DNA from: the human T2T-CHM13v2.0 reference genome, Homo sapiens
Assembly (NCBI RefSeq): GCF_009914755.1
Contig: NC_060939.1
DNA length: 64,000 nt
Strand: one strand, 5' to 3'
Shown here: in pieces, positions 12,138 through 26,650 of the stretch
Position numbering within the stretch: position 1 is the stretch's first letter
Layout of the letters: each line of letters begins with the position of its first letter
Position numbers and translations under genes: made by a program
Notes under the pieces: generated by a model
Told to the model about the DNA's origin: nothing
Seen by the model: the letters and a program-made list of their open reading frames with translations, nothing else
Databases searched by the model: none

Positions 12138-13443
12138 CTACAAATCTATTAACAACAAAGAGTCCCAAAATGAGATAATACAGAGTCATTAAGGGAGTCA
12201 TTATTCCCAAATCCATTTTTGGAGAACTAAAGCCCATGAGCTGATGACAGATGCTTAAAGAGACGCCAGTTGTCTTATCTTAATGCAGTGAGTATCTCCC
12301 TCCACCACACAAACTTCCAGGAAGTTTTCCCGCTAGTCATTTGCAGATTTGTAACAACCCATTAAGACAGTTTGTAAGTGTGCATAATTTTGAAAACGCT
12401 TTTGCTTAATTCTCTCTTTATAATTACAATAGATGAAACTTCTTCTCTTGGCTCGTTTATTAAGAAAGGATCATGAGGCTTGTGATAGGGTGACCATTTA
12501 GGTAGAAAATGCTGTAAAATATGCAGCATTAGCAATAACAAATCCCCATAAATATTGAAGCCATGGGAAAACTTTGAATGAGGAATATACGCATTTTTAT
12601 GTGCCATATAGTAATGTAACATGATAATGTATATATTTTGTTCATTTTGAAATGTAAAATATATTCATTTTTTGCTCATATTTGCTCATTTTGATCTTTA
12701 AATTGAATGGATCAAATAAAATTATATCTATTATCACTTCTTTCCACATGCATCTGTGAACAAAATTGAACAAATAGTTTACATGTAGTTATAGATTTAT
12801 AAACTGAATACATTTTAAAATGAATATTTAATTTTCAGGTACTGTGCGATGGTTTTCAATAAATTGAGATGGTACCAAAAAAAAATCCTGCTGTAGTTCT
12901 ATACCCAAAGAAAAAAATACTATTACCAGTTTGTATATAACCTCTTAGAAACAGTATTTTACTTTTTTATTCCAAATGGAACTATTAATAGAAGAGCATT
13001 GAGAACTATGTCCATAGAGCTTTCAAATTTTTTTAAGAACAAGTAGAAATTCAAACACAAAAGAAAGATTTAGTGACAACTAAAACAAGCCTGAAGTGTT
13101 CAAAAGAAAAATAAGCAGGCTAGTTTATGACAATAACATTGATGTGTTTTACCAGACAAGTGCAGGAATGTAGCTGGCCCTCAAAAATAGTGAAGTCGGT
13201 CAGCACCTGGAAATAGTAAGAACTTGTGACCTTCACCTTCTGTCTCTTATCTCTGCATATCTGCTTTTCTTTCTTTTATACACAAGCTTTCTCTGTCCTA
13301 GGTTCATTTACATGGTGTATGGTGGCTCCATAACAACTAAGAAATTTTCACATAAGAAATATCCTCTATTTAAGAAATAAAATGTGAAACTGAGTCTCAC
13401 GTTTTAGTTCTAGTAATAATTTCAAATTAATGGAGAAGCACTT

Positions 13444-13900
13444 TGTATTAGGGTCCCAACACAAAACGGAAGGTGTACTTAGCTGTTACTTTCATCACAA
13501 ATTAATTAAGGGAGTATTTACAGCAATTGAGGCAAAAATTAAGGAACCAATAAAGGATATAGAGACCCAGGATCTACCAACAGAAAGAGGCCTTTATTAC
13601 CCTAGACTTGAAGGAGCAAAGAGAGGGAGCCAGGAGAGGGAGCCTTGGGAGAAGCAGTTTTCCAGCAAAGGTTATAGCTAAAAATAAATACGACCATTGA
13701 AACAACCAGAGTGACAAGGCAGAAAGACAATGAGGGAAGAAACATCTAGACCTGTTTCCCGTACTCCAAACCCATCTGCAAGCCAGAGGGTAAGAAAATT
13801 CCAGTTAGGAGGTCTGTAGGGGTCAGCCCCATAGGCACAGGACGGGGCCCAGAAGAATGCAGAAGAAAGATGGAGAACGATGGAAAAGAAGATGAATAAG
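13444..13900. mobile_element. Old ERVL-type LTR (LTR33-like)
   Basis: Starts tgtattagggtccc and contains aagggagtatttaca...ccctagacttgaagg, as in the recalled LTR33 consensus; right boundary approximate. Confidence 0.5.
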
Positions 13901-14199
13901 ATGGGAAATGTGGGTAGAGAGATAGGCAGAAGAGAGGGGATAGAGGAAGACAGTAAAAAATAAATAAAAATTTAAAAATCCCAGCATACGCTCTAAGAAC
14001 AAGCATATGCTCTAAATAGTCTACCTAACTTGAAATTCTTTCTTCCCCATTCAATCAGTCATGACCAAAAGGTTAGATCACTAAAGGGTTACTAGAGATT
14101 ATCCCTATAACAACCTGTATTTGTTCTTTCTAGCAGTCATTCCGTTTGGTTTATACAATTATTGGTTCACCTATAATATTCACATATGCTATTTTTGGT

Positions 14200-17050
14200 T
14201 TCCTTAAGTTTCTTGAAAAGCTACTTGACTGCTGCCTTACATTATATGCAGTTTTTGGGTAGTCTGATGCCAGTTTAATTTTCGTGCCTTTGTAGGTGTT
14301 ACTCATCTTTTTACCTGGAGATTCTGATTACATTATTTTTATGCTTATTTTTACTGTTTTGGAGTTGATTTTTGGAGTTTATTTTTCTAGATCAATTTTC
14401 CAAAGTACCAGATGGCCACTTTCAATTGGAGATTTAAATTATTTTATTTCTGGTAAGTTTTTTTTTGGATTATAGTTTTAAATATTGTTTTTCCATTGTT
14501 TGGTTTTTCCATCATCAAGGAAACCAGTTATACATATGTTAAACCTCCTTTGTTTTCTAATTCAACTACTTTGTTCTCTGACTCTTTATTTTTATGTCTC
14601 ATTTTTATTCCCTTTGATTTTTTTTTAACTTTCCTTTGGGCACTCATAATTTACCCTTCATTTCTTAAATATTTTTGTCTTTTTACTGTACTAGTTTCCT
14701 GAGTTCAGTCAACTCTCATTATCTTTCTTCCTATTGGGGTCAATGTCCTGCCTCAATGTTTGTATTTTTAATTCAAGGTATCTATTTGTATATACTCAAA
14801 AGCTCATTTAAGAATATTTAATATGTGGAGTATTATGTTACAGTTTTCTCCCCCTTCAAGGGAGATCTTTTAAGGGAGATTTTTAATCAGCAGTGAAGAC
14901 TTTATTAGCATTTTCTAATTTTTTTTTTACAATAGTCTGCTTTTTGCTGCTCTTTTTTTTTTTTGGACATGGCTCAAATACAAGAGTATTCTCTTTTGTT
15001 AATTCTTGTCTCTTTGTGCAGTCTCTTTTATAGATACTGCTGTTAGGTTGGGGAAGGAAAGGAACTGGGAAGTCTTACTTCAGTTTTTGTTTCTGTAGAA
15101 TTCTTAACTTTCTACTCATATTGCTTTCATTTGCATCACTGCTTTTATTTTTGCAAGAAATACTTCCCCCTCCCCCTCCGTATGTCTGATTTCCTTCCAG
15201 AATGCCACCCTAAAGTTGATACTTCCTGTCCTACACACTTGCAAGTCCCTTTTAGGTAGCCAGAACAAGTGACCTATGTTCTGTGTTTTGACTTTCATTG
15301 CTGCACTTTTTCTTTCTTGCGGTGATTGTGTCTTTTTTTCCTAAGTTCTCTGCTCCCCTCTACTCTTTTGTTGACATCTTTAAGCCTCCCCTCCCTCTTT
15401 ACTTTTATCACAGGCTTGCAGTGGCAAGTGCATAATGAAAAATTTGTTGACATATCTTTCCCTCTTCTTACAGGTAATTAGAAAGATGTGGTGTTCTCTG
15501 TTTTCTGGTAACGCAAGAAGTATGGGTCATGAATAGTTTAATGTGATCTTTTTATTTTATGTTACTTTAGAATAAAGTCTAGGAGATACTGGAATCAGAC
15601 AGGTATCGCTATTCTCCAAAGCCCTACGATCATTTTTATTTGAAAAAAATTAACAATAAATACATGCATATGATGAAACAAAATCAAGCAGTGCAAATAA
15701 GTATATAATGAAAATATGTTTCTCTCCCACTCCAGAACCATAATCTCCAAGAATCCCTTCTCAAAGATCCTGGTACACATTTTATGGAAGAATCTTCCAC
15801 AGATACTGAGTACAGATGCGATATATTTCCATATATTTGTGTTTATATGTAAGAATTCTTTATTTCACACCTAAAGTATTAAATACACACCATGTTATAA
15901 CCATTTAAAATATAAGCATAAAAAATACACAAAGAGATAGTTCTCTTGTTAGTGTTATAGGTCCCATAAACCAATAGAAAATATTTGAAATTATTTAAAA
16001 TTATTTTCCCTTTGCCTTTAATGAAATTAATAATTATATTTAAATCTATCTTCTTACTATATATTTTTATTTTTGGCCTGTCTATTCTATATTCCTGTAC
16101 CACTCCTTTTGGGTTGAACAAATTTTATTATACCATTTCTTTCATTAGCTTGTTACTTCTCAATTCTTTTTACTGTAGTTTTACTGGTTAAAAGATAAAG
16201 AACTATATTTACTCCTTCCTAAACAATGCAAAGCTCTCAGTATACTTGAACTCTATTCCTTTCTGTTTGCCATTATTCTCATGTATTTTTAAATATCTAA
16301 AATAATATTTCATTATTTTAAGTCAATTTTCAGTTAGATTAACCCATGGGTTTACTTTTCTCATTTCTCTTTATTATTTCTTGCAGTTTGGAGCTGTAAT
16401 CTATTATCAGTTTTCTTTTGCCTGAACAACACAAATTAGCATATACTTTAGTGTGGCTCTACTAATAATTTCTCTCACTTATTGTATAAAATTAGATTTA
16501 CTTTCTTTTCGTTCTTGGAAGATATTGTAATTGAGTATTAAATTCCATAGAATAGTAGGTTGGCAGTTATTTCCGTTCAATAATTTCAAGATATTTCATT
16601 TTATGACCATTTCCATCTCTTCCAAGGTCCACTGTCATTCTTACTTCGCTCCTTTGGAGTTATTTTTGTCTCTCTAGCCACATTAACGATTTTTCTTTTT
16701 TAGCATTCTTAATATGATGCATCAAAACTTAATTTTCTTTTGACATAATGTGCTTCAGGCATAACTGTGATCTCAAGTCTTTCCTCTGTTTTCCCAAAAT
16801 CTTAGTAATCTTTTCTTCACGTATTGCTTTTGTTTGATTCTCTTCTTGATTCTTTAATTCCACATGTTAAAACTTTTAACTATATGTTTGTGTTCTTTTC
16901 TGCATTTTGCGTTGCTGGACTAAAACATTCATGGGTATTTTTCTTCTTTTATTTTCTATTTCACCAATTCTCTCTTCAGTTGTGCCTAGTCTGCAGCTGA
17001 GTGCATTCATTGAATTGCTACTTTCAGTTTAATTTTTGTCCTTCACTTAA
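14200..17050 (-). mobile_element. Highly degenerate L1M/L1ME (possibly HAL1) fragments, ORF1 region; several pieces
   Basis: T-rich strand with L1 antisense motifs (agtctgatgccagtttaatt, ttctctcttcagttgtgcctagtctgc, cattgaatt); boundaries approximate. Confidence 0.55.
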
Positions 17051-18298
17051 CCTATCTTCACTATGGTTTGTTTTTTCACCTGATCTTTTCTGGTGAAATC
17101 AGTGACTTCTAGACCCCACCAGGACCATATTTATCAAATGACCAATATGTCTAATCAATCTCTAATCTTCACTTCCTAGAGCAAATATCTACACTACTTT
17201 ATATTGAAATTACATAATTCTTAACATTTATTCTGCATGCTGCAGAAAACAACAGACTATGAATCTACTCTTCAGAAGATATGTTGGAAGTATTATTAGA
17301 AATGTCATTTAGAATTGTGTTTCACTCCAATACAGGAAGAATAAGAACCTGCTATGAATATGCAAACTTGCTCTTTTTTAAATTGTTTTTAATTTTTGTG
17401 GGTACATAATAGGTATACATATTTATAGATTACATGAGATCCTGTGATACAGGTAGCAATGTGTAATCATATCAGGATAAATGGGGATATCATCACCCCA
17501 AGCATTTATCCCTTATGTTATGGACAATCCAATTATACTCTTTTAGTTACTATAAAATGTACAATAAAATTATTTTGACTATAGGCACCCTGTTATGCTA
17601 TCAAATACTAGGTCTTATTCACTCTTTCTAACTATTTATTTTGCACCCATTAACCATTCCCATTTCCCTCCAACTCCCCCTATTTTCCTTCCGAGCCTCT
17701 AGTAACCATCCTTCTACCCTCTATTGCCATGAGTTCAATGGCTTTAATTTTTAGTTCCTATAAGTGAGAGTATGTGAAGTTTGTCTTTCTGTGCCTGGCT
17801 TATTTCACTTAACATAATGACATCCAGTTCCAACCATGTTGATGCAAATGACAGGATCTTGTTCTTTTAATGGCTGAATAGTATTCTAATGTGTATATGT
17901 ACCACATTTTATCTATTCATCTGTTGATGGACACATAAGTTACTCCCAAATCTTGGCTATTGTGAACAGTGACGCAATAAACACGGGAGTGCAGATATCT
18001 CTTCAATATACCAATTTCCTTTCTTTGGGGTATATATTCAGCAGTAGGATTGCTGGATCACATGGTAGCTCTATCTTTAATTTTTTTAGGGAACTCCAAA
18101 CTGTTCTCTACAGTCGCTGTACTAATTCACACTCCCAACAACACCATACTAGCTTGCCCTTTTATATACATCCTCGTCAGCATTTGTTATTGTCTGACTT
18201 TTGGATAAAAACCATTTTAACTGAGGTCAGATAACTCATCGTGGTTTTGGTTTGCTTTTCTCTGATGATCAATGAAGCTTAGCACCTTTTCATTTATC

Positions 18299-18713
18299 TG
18301 TGGTCAGACCGGTTCTCTGCTCTCGAACCCTGTTTTCTGTTATTTAAGATGTTTATCAAGACAATACGTGCACTGCTGAACATAGACCCTTATCAGTAGT
18401 TCTGCTTTTGCCCTTTGCATATGATCTTTGTTAGACCGTTACTAGTAGTTCTGCTTTCTGCCTTTTGAAGCATGTGATCTTTGTACCTACTCCCTGTTCT
18501 TACACACCCTCCCCTTTTGAAACCCTTAATAGAAACTTGCTGGTCTGAAACTCAGGCAGGCATCACGGTCCTACGGATATGTGATGTCACCCCGGACCGC
18601 CCAGCTGTAAAATTCCTCTCTTTGTACTGTCTCTCTTTATTTCTCAGCTGGCCAACACTTATGGAAACTATAAAGAACCTACGTTGAAATATTGAGGGTG
18701 GGTTCCCCCAATA
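18299..18713 (+). mobile_element. MER11 (HERV-K HML-8 LTR), 3' portion only
   Basis: tgtggtcagaccggttctctgctctcgaaccctg...aagaacctacgttgaaatattg...ggttcccccaata matches the MER11 3' end; the 5' part is absent. Confidence 0.88.
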
Positions 18714-21700
18714 TTTATTAAGATTATTTGATTTGTTCGTATACATTTGAACTCCTTCTACATTCGGGTTATCAATATCTTTTCAGATGCATAGTTTGAA
18801 AAATTTGTAATCCATTCTGTGGGTTGTCTTCACTTGGTTTCTTTTCTGTGCAGAAGCTTTTTTACTTGATGTTATACCATTTGTCCATTTTTAAGTTTGT
18901 CTGCTTGTGCTTGTGGGGTATTAGTTAGGAAATCTTTGCCCAATTCAATGTCCTGGAGAGTTCCTGCAAAGTTTCTTTTAAGTAGTTTCAGTAGTTTGAG
19001 ATCTTAGATTTAAGTCCTTAATCCACTTTGATTTGATTTTTGTATACGGTAAGAGATAGGGGTCCAGTTTTATTCTTCTGCATGTGGATATCCAGTTTTC
19101 CCAGAACCATTTATTGAAGAGACTGTCCTTTCCCCCAATGTACGTTCTTGGCACCTTTGTCAAAATGAGTTCACTGAGATGTACAGATTTATCTCTGGGT
19201 TCTCTATTCTGTTCCACTGATCTATATGTCTGTTGCTATGCCAGTACCATGCCGTTTTGGTAACTGTAGTTATGTAGTGTAATTTAAAGTCAGGTAATGT
19301 GATTCCTTCAGTTTTGTTCTTTTGGTTTAGGATACCTTTGGATATTTGGGGTCTTTTGTGGTTGCAAGTAAATTTTAGAATTATTTTTTCTATTTCTGTG
19401 AAGAACATCATTGGTATTTTGATAGAGATTGCATGGAATCTGTATATTGCTTTGGGTGGCATGAACACTTCAACAATATTGATTCTTTCAATGCATGATC
19501 ATGGAGTGTCTTTCCATATTTCTGTGTCTTCTTCAATTTTTTACATCAATGTTTTATCGTTTCTATTGTAGAGATCTTTCACTTCTTTGGTTAATTGTTA
19601 GATATTTTATTTTATCTGTAGCTATTATAAATGGGATTAGTTTCTTGACTTGTTTTTCAGATTATTCACTGTGGCATACAGAACTATTACTGGTTTTTGT
19701 ATGTTAATTTTGCGTACTGCCGCTTTACTGAATGTCAGCTCTAATAGCTTTCTGGTGGAGTAGCTGGGTTTTTCCAAATATAGGATCTTATCATCTGCAA
19801 ACAAGGATAATTTGACTTCTTCCTTTTCAATTTGGATGCCCTTTATTTCTTTCTCTTGTCTGATTGCTATAGCTAGGACTTCCAGTACTATGTTGAGTAA
19901 CAGTGGTAAAAGTGGGCATCCTTGTCATGTTTCCCCTCTTAGAGGAAAGGCTTTGTTTTTCCACGTTAACGATGATACTACCTGTGAGTCTGTCATCTAT
20001 GGCATTTATTATGTTGAGGTATGTTCCTTCCATACCCTTTTTAACAGTTTTTTTAATCATGAAGGGACATTGAATTTTATGAAATACTTTTTCAGCATCA
20101 TTTGATATAGTAACTTATGTCTATAAACATCCCTCTTCTTACTACTTTCACCGTATCCCATAGGTTTTGGTATGTTATGTTTCTATTAACCTTTATTTGA
20201 AGAAATGTTTCAATTTCCTTCTTAATTTCTTCATTGACCCACTGGTCATTCGGGAGCATATTGCTTAATTTCATTGTGTTTGTAAAGTTTCCAAAATTCC
20301 TCTTGCTATTGATTTCTAGTTTTATTTCATTGTGGTCAGAGAAGATGCTTGATATTTCATTTTTTGAAAGTTTAAGACTTGTTTTGTGACCTAACATATA
20401 ATTTATCCTTAAGAATGATGCAGCATGTGCTGCAGAGGAAAAAATGTGTATTTGGCAGCTGTTGGCTAAAATGTTCTATAAATATTTATTAGATCCATTT
20501 GTTCTATAGTACAGATTAACTCTGATGTTTCTTTGGTGATTCTATCTGGAAGATCTGTCCAGTGCTGAAAGTGGGGTGAAGTCTCCAGCTATTAATGTAT
20601 TGGGATCTCTCTCTTTACTTCTAATAGTTCCTATATATATCTTAGTGCTCTAGGGTTAGGTGCATATATATTTACAAATTGTTATATTATCTCACTGAAT
20701 TAGCCCCTTTATCATTAAATAGTATCCTTGTTTGACTCTTTTTGCAGTTTTTGTCTTGAAGTCTATTTTGTCTGATGTAAATATACCCACTCCTGCCTTT
20801 TTTTAGTTTCCATTGGCATGGAATATCTTTTTCCATCTCTTTTCAGTTTATGTGTATCTTTCCAGGTGAAGTGTGTTTCTTGTAGGCAAAAGATCATTGG
20901 GTCTAGTTTTTTAATTCATTCAACCACTCTCTCTTTTGATTGGTAAGTTTAGTCTATTTATATGCAATGTTACTACTGATAAATAAGGACTTACTCCTGC
21001 CATTTTTTAAATTGTTTTGTGGTTGTTTTGTGGTCTTCTCTTCTTTCTTTCCTTTTTTCCTATCTTTTAGTGAAGGTGATTTTCTCTAATTATGTGATTT
21101 AATTTATTGCTTTCTATTTTTTGTGTATCCATTGTAGTTTTTTATTTGAGGTTACCATGAGGCTTACAAAAACCATTTCATAACCTATTACCTGTTATTT
21201 TAAGCTGAAAGAAACTCAACACTGGTTGCATAAACAAAGAAACAAAAAGAAAACGAGAAAAAACTCTACACCATAACTTTGTCACCCTACATTTTAACTT
21301 GTTGTTTCTATTTATATCTCATTGTACTGTCTATGTCCTGAAAAGTTGTTGTAGTTAGTATCTTTGATTGGATTATCTTTTAGTCTTTCATTTAAAATAA
21401 GAGTAGTTTACACACCACAGTTACAGAGTTATAAGATTCTGTGGTTTTCTATGTTCTTACTAACACCAGTGAGTTCTGTACCTTCAGATGATTTCTTATT
21501 GCTCATTTACATCCTTGTCTTTCTGATTGAAGTACTCCCTTTAGCATTTCTTATAGAACAGGTCTGGTGCTGATAAAATCCCTCAGATGTCTAGGAAAGT
21601 ATTTACTCTTCATGTTTGAAGGATATTTTTGCTCAAAACACTGTTCAAGGTTAAACGTTTTTATCTTTCAACACTTTATATATATCATGCCACTCTCTCC

Positions 21701-22942
21701 TGGCCTACCAGGTTTCCACTAAACAGTATGCTGCTAGACATATTAGAGCTCTATTGCATGTTATTTGTTGTTGTTGTTTCTCTCTTGCTGGTTTTAGGAT
21801 CCTTTCTTTATCCTTGACCTTTGGAAGTTTGATTATTAAATACCTTGAAGCTTTCTTCTTTAGTTAAATATGCTTGGTATTCTATAACCTTCTTGTACTT
21901 AGATATGAATATCTTTTTCTAGAAAGTTCTCTGTTATTTGCACTTTTAATAAACTTTCTACCCCCCTCTCTCCCTCTACCCTCTTTTTAAGTTCAATAAC
22001 TCTTATTTTGCCCTACTGAGTCTATTTTCTAGATCTCATAGGTGTGTTGCATTGTTTTTCAGTCTTTTTTCTTTTGTCTCCTCTGTGTATTATCAAATAA
22101 TCTGTTATGGTCACTAATTCTTTCTTTTGCTGGATTATTTCTGCTACTAAAAGACTCTGATGCATTCTTCAGTACATCAATTGCATTTTTCAACTCCGGA
22201 ATTTCTGCTTGATTCTTTTTAAATATTTCAACCTCTTTGTTAAATGTGTCTGATAGAATTCCAACTTCCTTCTCTGTGTTATCTTAAATTTATTTGAGTT
22301 TCCTCAAAACAGCTATTTTGAATTATCTGTCTGAAAGGTTACATACCGCTGCTTTTCCAGAATTGGTCCCTGGTGACTTATATAGTTCATTTTGTGAGGT
22401 TATGTTTTCCTGGATGGTCTTGATGCTTGTGGATTTTTGTCTGCGTCTGGGTATTAAAGAGTTATATATTTATTGTAGTCTTCTCAGTCTAGGCTTGTTT
22501 GTATTCATCCTTCTTGGGAAGGCTTTCCAGATACTCAAGAGGACTTGAATGTTGTATTCTAAGCAGTGTCTGCGCTAGGGGTCACCTCAAGTCCAGTAAT
22601 GCTGTGGTTCCTACAGACTCTTAGGGATATCCCCTTGAAGGTGTTGGATAAGATCTGGAAAAATATGCTATAGATTACCAGGCATGGACTCTTGTTCTCT
22701 TCCCTTACTTTATCCCAAACAGAGTCTTTGTTCTGAGCTGCCTGAAGCTGTGGATTAACATAAACATTCCTTTGGCCACTGCCACAAAACTGTGCTGGTT
22801 CAGAACTGAAGCCAGTACAGCACTGGGTCTTGCCCAAGGCTGGCTGTAACCACTCCCTAGCTGCCACCTATGTTCTCTCAAGGCCCTTAGTCTCTACAAT
22901 CAGGAGGTAGTGAATCCAGACAGACTTGTGACCTTCTCTTAA

Positions 22943-23257
22943 GGGCAACACCAAATTCCCTGGTGCCTGCAGTGGAAACTGTTCGTGGTATGCATGGTCC
23001 AGCCACAGCCTTGCATGCAGCCAGCACCCTGTCTGTGAGCAGTGGCTAGACACTGCTCTCACTCACACACCCCTCACCACTCCACACCTGGCTCACCCTT
23101 GGCAAGCATGGGATCCCGGCTGGTAGCATGAGCAGAACACAACCTACTGGGCCAAGTGGGTGGAACAAGACCAGTGGGCCCAAGCAAAACGGGCAATGGC
23201 GCCACCGGCTACAGAGGTTTCCGGCTGCAAAAGTGACACCCTAAGGATCCTGCGACA
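22943..23257 (+). mobile_element. MER52 LTR, 3' portion only
   Basis: ctcacacacccctcaccactccacacctggctcacccttggcaagcatgggatcc...acagaggtttccggc...gacaccctaaggatcctgcgaca matches the MER52 3' end. Confidence 0.85.
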
Positions 23258-23412
23258 AAGGGCCAGCAATGAGTTCAATTTATTGTCTCACAATTGCTGT
23301 GCTCTCCCTCTCCCAAGAGCACAGGCTCTCTCTTTGTGGCACCCAGCCACTGACAAGAGTTGGAAGAGAGGTGGCATCAGTGATTCAAAACTGTCCTCTT
23401 TCCCTCTTCACA

Positions 23413-23504
23413 GTAACAAACCTACACATTCTGCACTTGTATCCCAGAACTTGAAGTAAAATTAAAATAAATAAATAAAAAAATAATAAAATAAATAATA
23501 AAAA
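23413..23504 (+). mobile_element. Extreme 3' end and tail of an L1PA7/8-like element
   Basis: gtaacaaacctacacattctgcacttgtatcccagaacttgaagtaaaatt followed by an A-rich tail. Confidence 0.85.
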
Positions 23505-23577
23505 CTAGTTATAGCTTACATGGTTTATTTAACTTAGCACCTAAGTCATCTTCGGTGTTAATGTGAAGTTAATGAAA

Positions 23578-26500
23578 ATCATTTGACAAATATTTGTCAT
23601 GCGCCTCCTATGTGCAAAGGACAGTAAAGTTGTACCACTCATGTAACTTAATGTACTCTCTGATTAAGAGAGGCAGGCAGTAAGTAAACACACTGGTAAA
23701 TACAAAATACATTTTACCAGATGATGACAATGGCTATGGAGAGAAACAAAATATGGTAAGGATGGGGAGGAGTGGGCAAGGAAGGGTACTACGTTATTGT
23801 CAGGATGACAGCATGACATGAGATGAAAGACCTGATAGGCCTGAGAATGTAAGCCATGAAGATTTCTGGGGGAAGGGCATTAGATGCCAGAGAAAAAGGA
23901 AGTGCAACATTCCTGAGTTAGTAGCATGCCTAGTAGGTTTGGGAAACAACACAAAAGCCAGAAAACGTGTTATAAATGAGGTTAGAGTAGATATAGTGGA
24001 ACCATAATGTTTAGGGCTTTATTAGTTACTACAAAAATTTTGACTTTTAACTTGAAGCATAGGAAGCCACTGGGAAATTTTAGGTGGAGAAGTGACATAA
24101 CTTGACTTTGTTAAAATCTCACTCAGGCTAACACATTGAAAATAAATAGCAGAGCATGGGGCATAAGGAAGCCAGGAGACCAGTTAGAAGGCTATTGCTA
24201 TTGGCATACTAATTGTGGCATGTGGTCATATTCTAGATGTTTTTTCAAAGTAGACTTGACAGCATTTGTCAATAAATACTACATGAAGATGATGGATGAC
24301 TTCACAGTGTTTGGCTTATGCAAGTGGAAAGATGAGTTATCAAGATGTGAAAGACAAGGCAAAACAAAACTAGAAATAGTATGGCTGGGTTTCTTTTTAG
24401 ACATAATACATTTTAACAGCTATTAGACATCTGTAGGGAGAGTTGAATAGGTCATAGAACACACAAGTCTGTATTCTGAGTGAAGGTAGAGATACAAATT
24501 TGGAAGTCATCAGTTCATTGGTAGTAGTTAAAGTCTTTATGTCAGATAAGGTAAGCCAGTGAGTGAGTGTGAAAACTAGTAGAAGTCTGATGCTTGAACC
24601 TTAGAATATTCCAATATTCATATATCTTAGAAATGAGGAAAAAGCAAACCAAAAGTTACCTGCCAATGCAACAGTGCTATGGTCTGAATATTTGTGCCCC
24701 CCAAAATCTGTATGTTTAAATCCTAACCTCCAAGGTGATAGTATTAGAGGTGGAGACTTTGGAAGGTGATCAGGTCAAGAGGGAAGAGCCCTCACGTATG
24801 ACACTAGTGCTCTTCAAAAAGAGACCACAAAGAGCTCGTTTTTCCCTTCTGCCATGTGGCATTACAATGAAAAGACAGCTGTCTCTCAGAGGAACTGGGC
24901 CCTCTCCAGACACCAAATATGCCAGCACCTAGACCTCGAACCTCTAAGCCCCTAGAAATGTAAGAAATAAATTTGTTGTTTATAAGGCACCCAGTCTATG
25001 CTAGCTTGTTATAGCAGTCAAAAAGAACTAAGACAAGAAACCCAGAGGCTGTTAAAAAATAAAAATAAAAAAAAAGATTGAACAAGTGATCATGACAGAT
25101 TAGGTATGACAAGGACTAGGAATTGACCTCTGTGCTTAACAATATGACCGTAACTTAAGACTTCTATAGAGGGGTAGAGATAAGGCCTGACTGATGTGAG
25201 TTCAAGCAAGAATGGGGAAAAGGGAACTATATATACTGAGACAACATGCACAGGTAATTATTTTCAGGAGTTTTGCTGAAAGAAGCTAAAAGAAATGGAA
25301 CAAACTAGAGATAAATTTGAAGTTGAGCAAGTTTAATTTTTAGTATATGATTACAGCTTATTTGAATAAACCAATAAGAGTAAGAAATTGATGATGCAAC
25401 AGAAGCAGAACAATTACTAGGGTCATATCCGCAAGAGGGGATGGGCTGCAATGTAAAAGCAACGGGGTTGGCCTTCAATAAAGGTACAGACATTTCACCA
25501 ATAATTAGAGCAAATGCAATATAAATAAACACAAAAGCAGTCAACTTTTTTTTTTTTTTTTAACTCTGTGGAGTAGAAAAAGGATTAGACTTAGCCAGGT
25601 TTGAGATTTTTCCAGAAAAAGTCAATGCATAGACAAAGTGGCCATGAAGGTATGCCCAAGGGGGTGATTATAATGATTGGGCATGGACTCTACATGAAAG
25701 TAGAAGTGAAAAAAAAAAAAAAAAAAGAAAAAAAAAAGAAAGTGGAAGTGAGAGCATATGGTATGCGAGAAATATTGTAATGGTAGCAAAAGCAATGGAA
25801 TGCAGGATGCTGGTAGGATTTAAGAATTCTTAGTGTCAGGGCAGTAGAAGGAGTAAGCTGGAAAAATGGGAGTGGTGTTTGGAGAGTGTAATGCTTAAAA
25901 TGAAGATTATGGAGAAGAGCAATTATTGACAATGCCAACATCTTGGTCATGACCATAGAAGTATGTGCCTGAGACAGGGTAAAAAAAAAAAAAACAATCG
26001 CTGGAGGGGAGGAGGTAAAAAAAATGAGGTAGCAGATATGTGAAAAATAATATAACACACATACATATATACACATACATATTTTATATGCATATATTTT
26101 ACATATACGTCTATGTATTGAGAAAAAGGATGTGCTAGGTGCTGAGTTTGAAACAATGTGCAGGAGAAAGACCTGGAGATCTGTAGATGCCTGCAACAAG
26201 GTGGAGTAATAAAAGGTTCAATATAACAGCTTGAACTTAAAGCTGGGTATTTTTAAGGAGAATTGTCTGAAAGGTGCCAAGACAGTATATGCTTATCTCC
26301 AGGCCCAGTAGCAGAAGAATGCAGAAGGAAAAAAAAAAAAAAAAACCTTCTTAAGAGGGCTTCATGGGAAGCCATTTCCTTAGAGAGAGTCAAGTTTCAT
26401 AGAGTGAGAAGAATGTTTGGTAAATAGGTTAGGAATGCAGAGTTTTGCTGATAACAGACACTGAGTCCCACACACTTGTGGGGATGAAGGATAAATTTGG

Positions 26501-26650
26501 ATGATGAAGAATGACTTGGAAGTCTTAGAGATCATAGAGTAACTGACAAAATCAAAGATAAAGTGGAAAATGGGATTAGTCTCGGGTCCTTAAGCAGGAT
26601 ACATTAGGGATACAGCATGTGTTGGTAAAAAGAGAAAGGGGGTCTTGATA
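23578..26650 (-). mobile_element. LINE-2 remnant interrupted by MLT1A
   Basis: Begins with the L2 3'-end complement (catttgacaaatatttg...ctatgtgc), followed by a purine-rich L2 body (ggaagccactgggaaattttagg, ggagaccagttagaaggctattgc); right end approximate. Confidence 0.7.
24675..25035 (+). mobile_element. MaLR solo LTR, MLT1A/MLT1A0
   Basis: tgctatggtctgaat...agaaataaatttgttgtttataag...ttgttatagcag...actaagaca; ~360 bp. Confidence 0.88.

Larger units (their letters stand above)
17371..23409 (-). mobile_element. Near full-length L1MA1-3-like element, interrupted and internally deleted
   Basis: 3' terminus ...aatttttgtgggtacataataggta... at 17.4 kb. ORF2 remnants in minus-strand ORFs 19160..19468 (KAIYRF..ITLPDFK) and 20098..20397; ORF1 and 5'UTR extend to ~23.4 kb. 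Confidence 0.9.
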
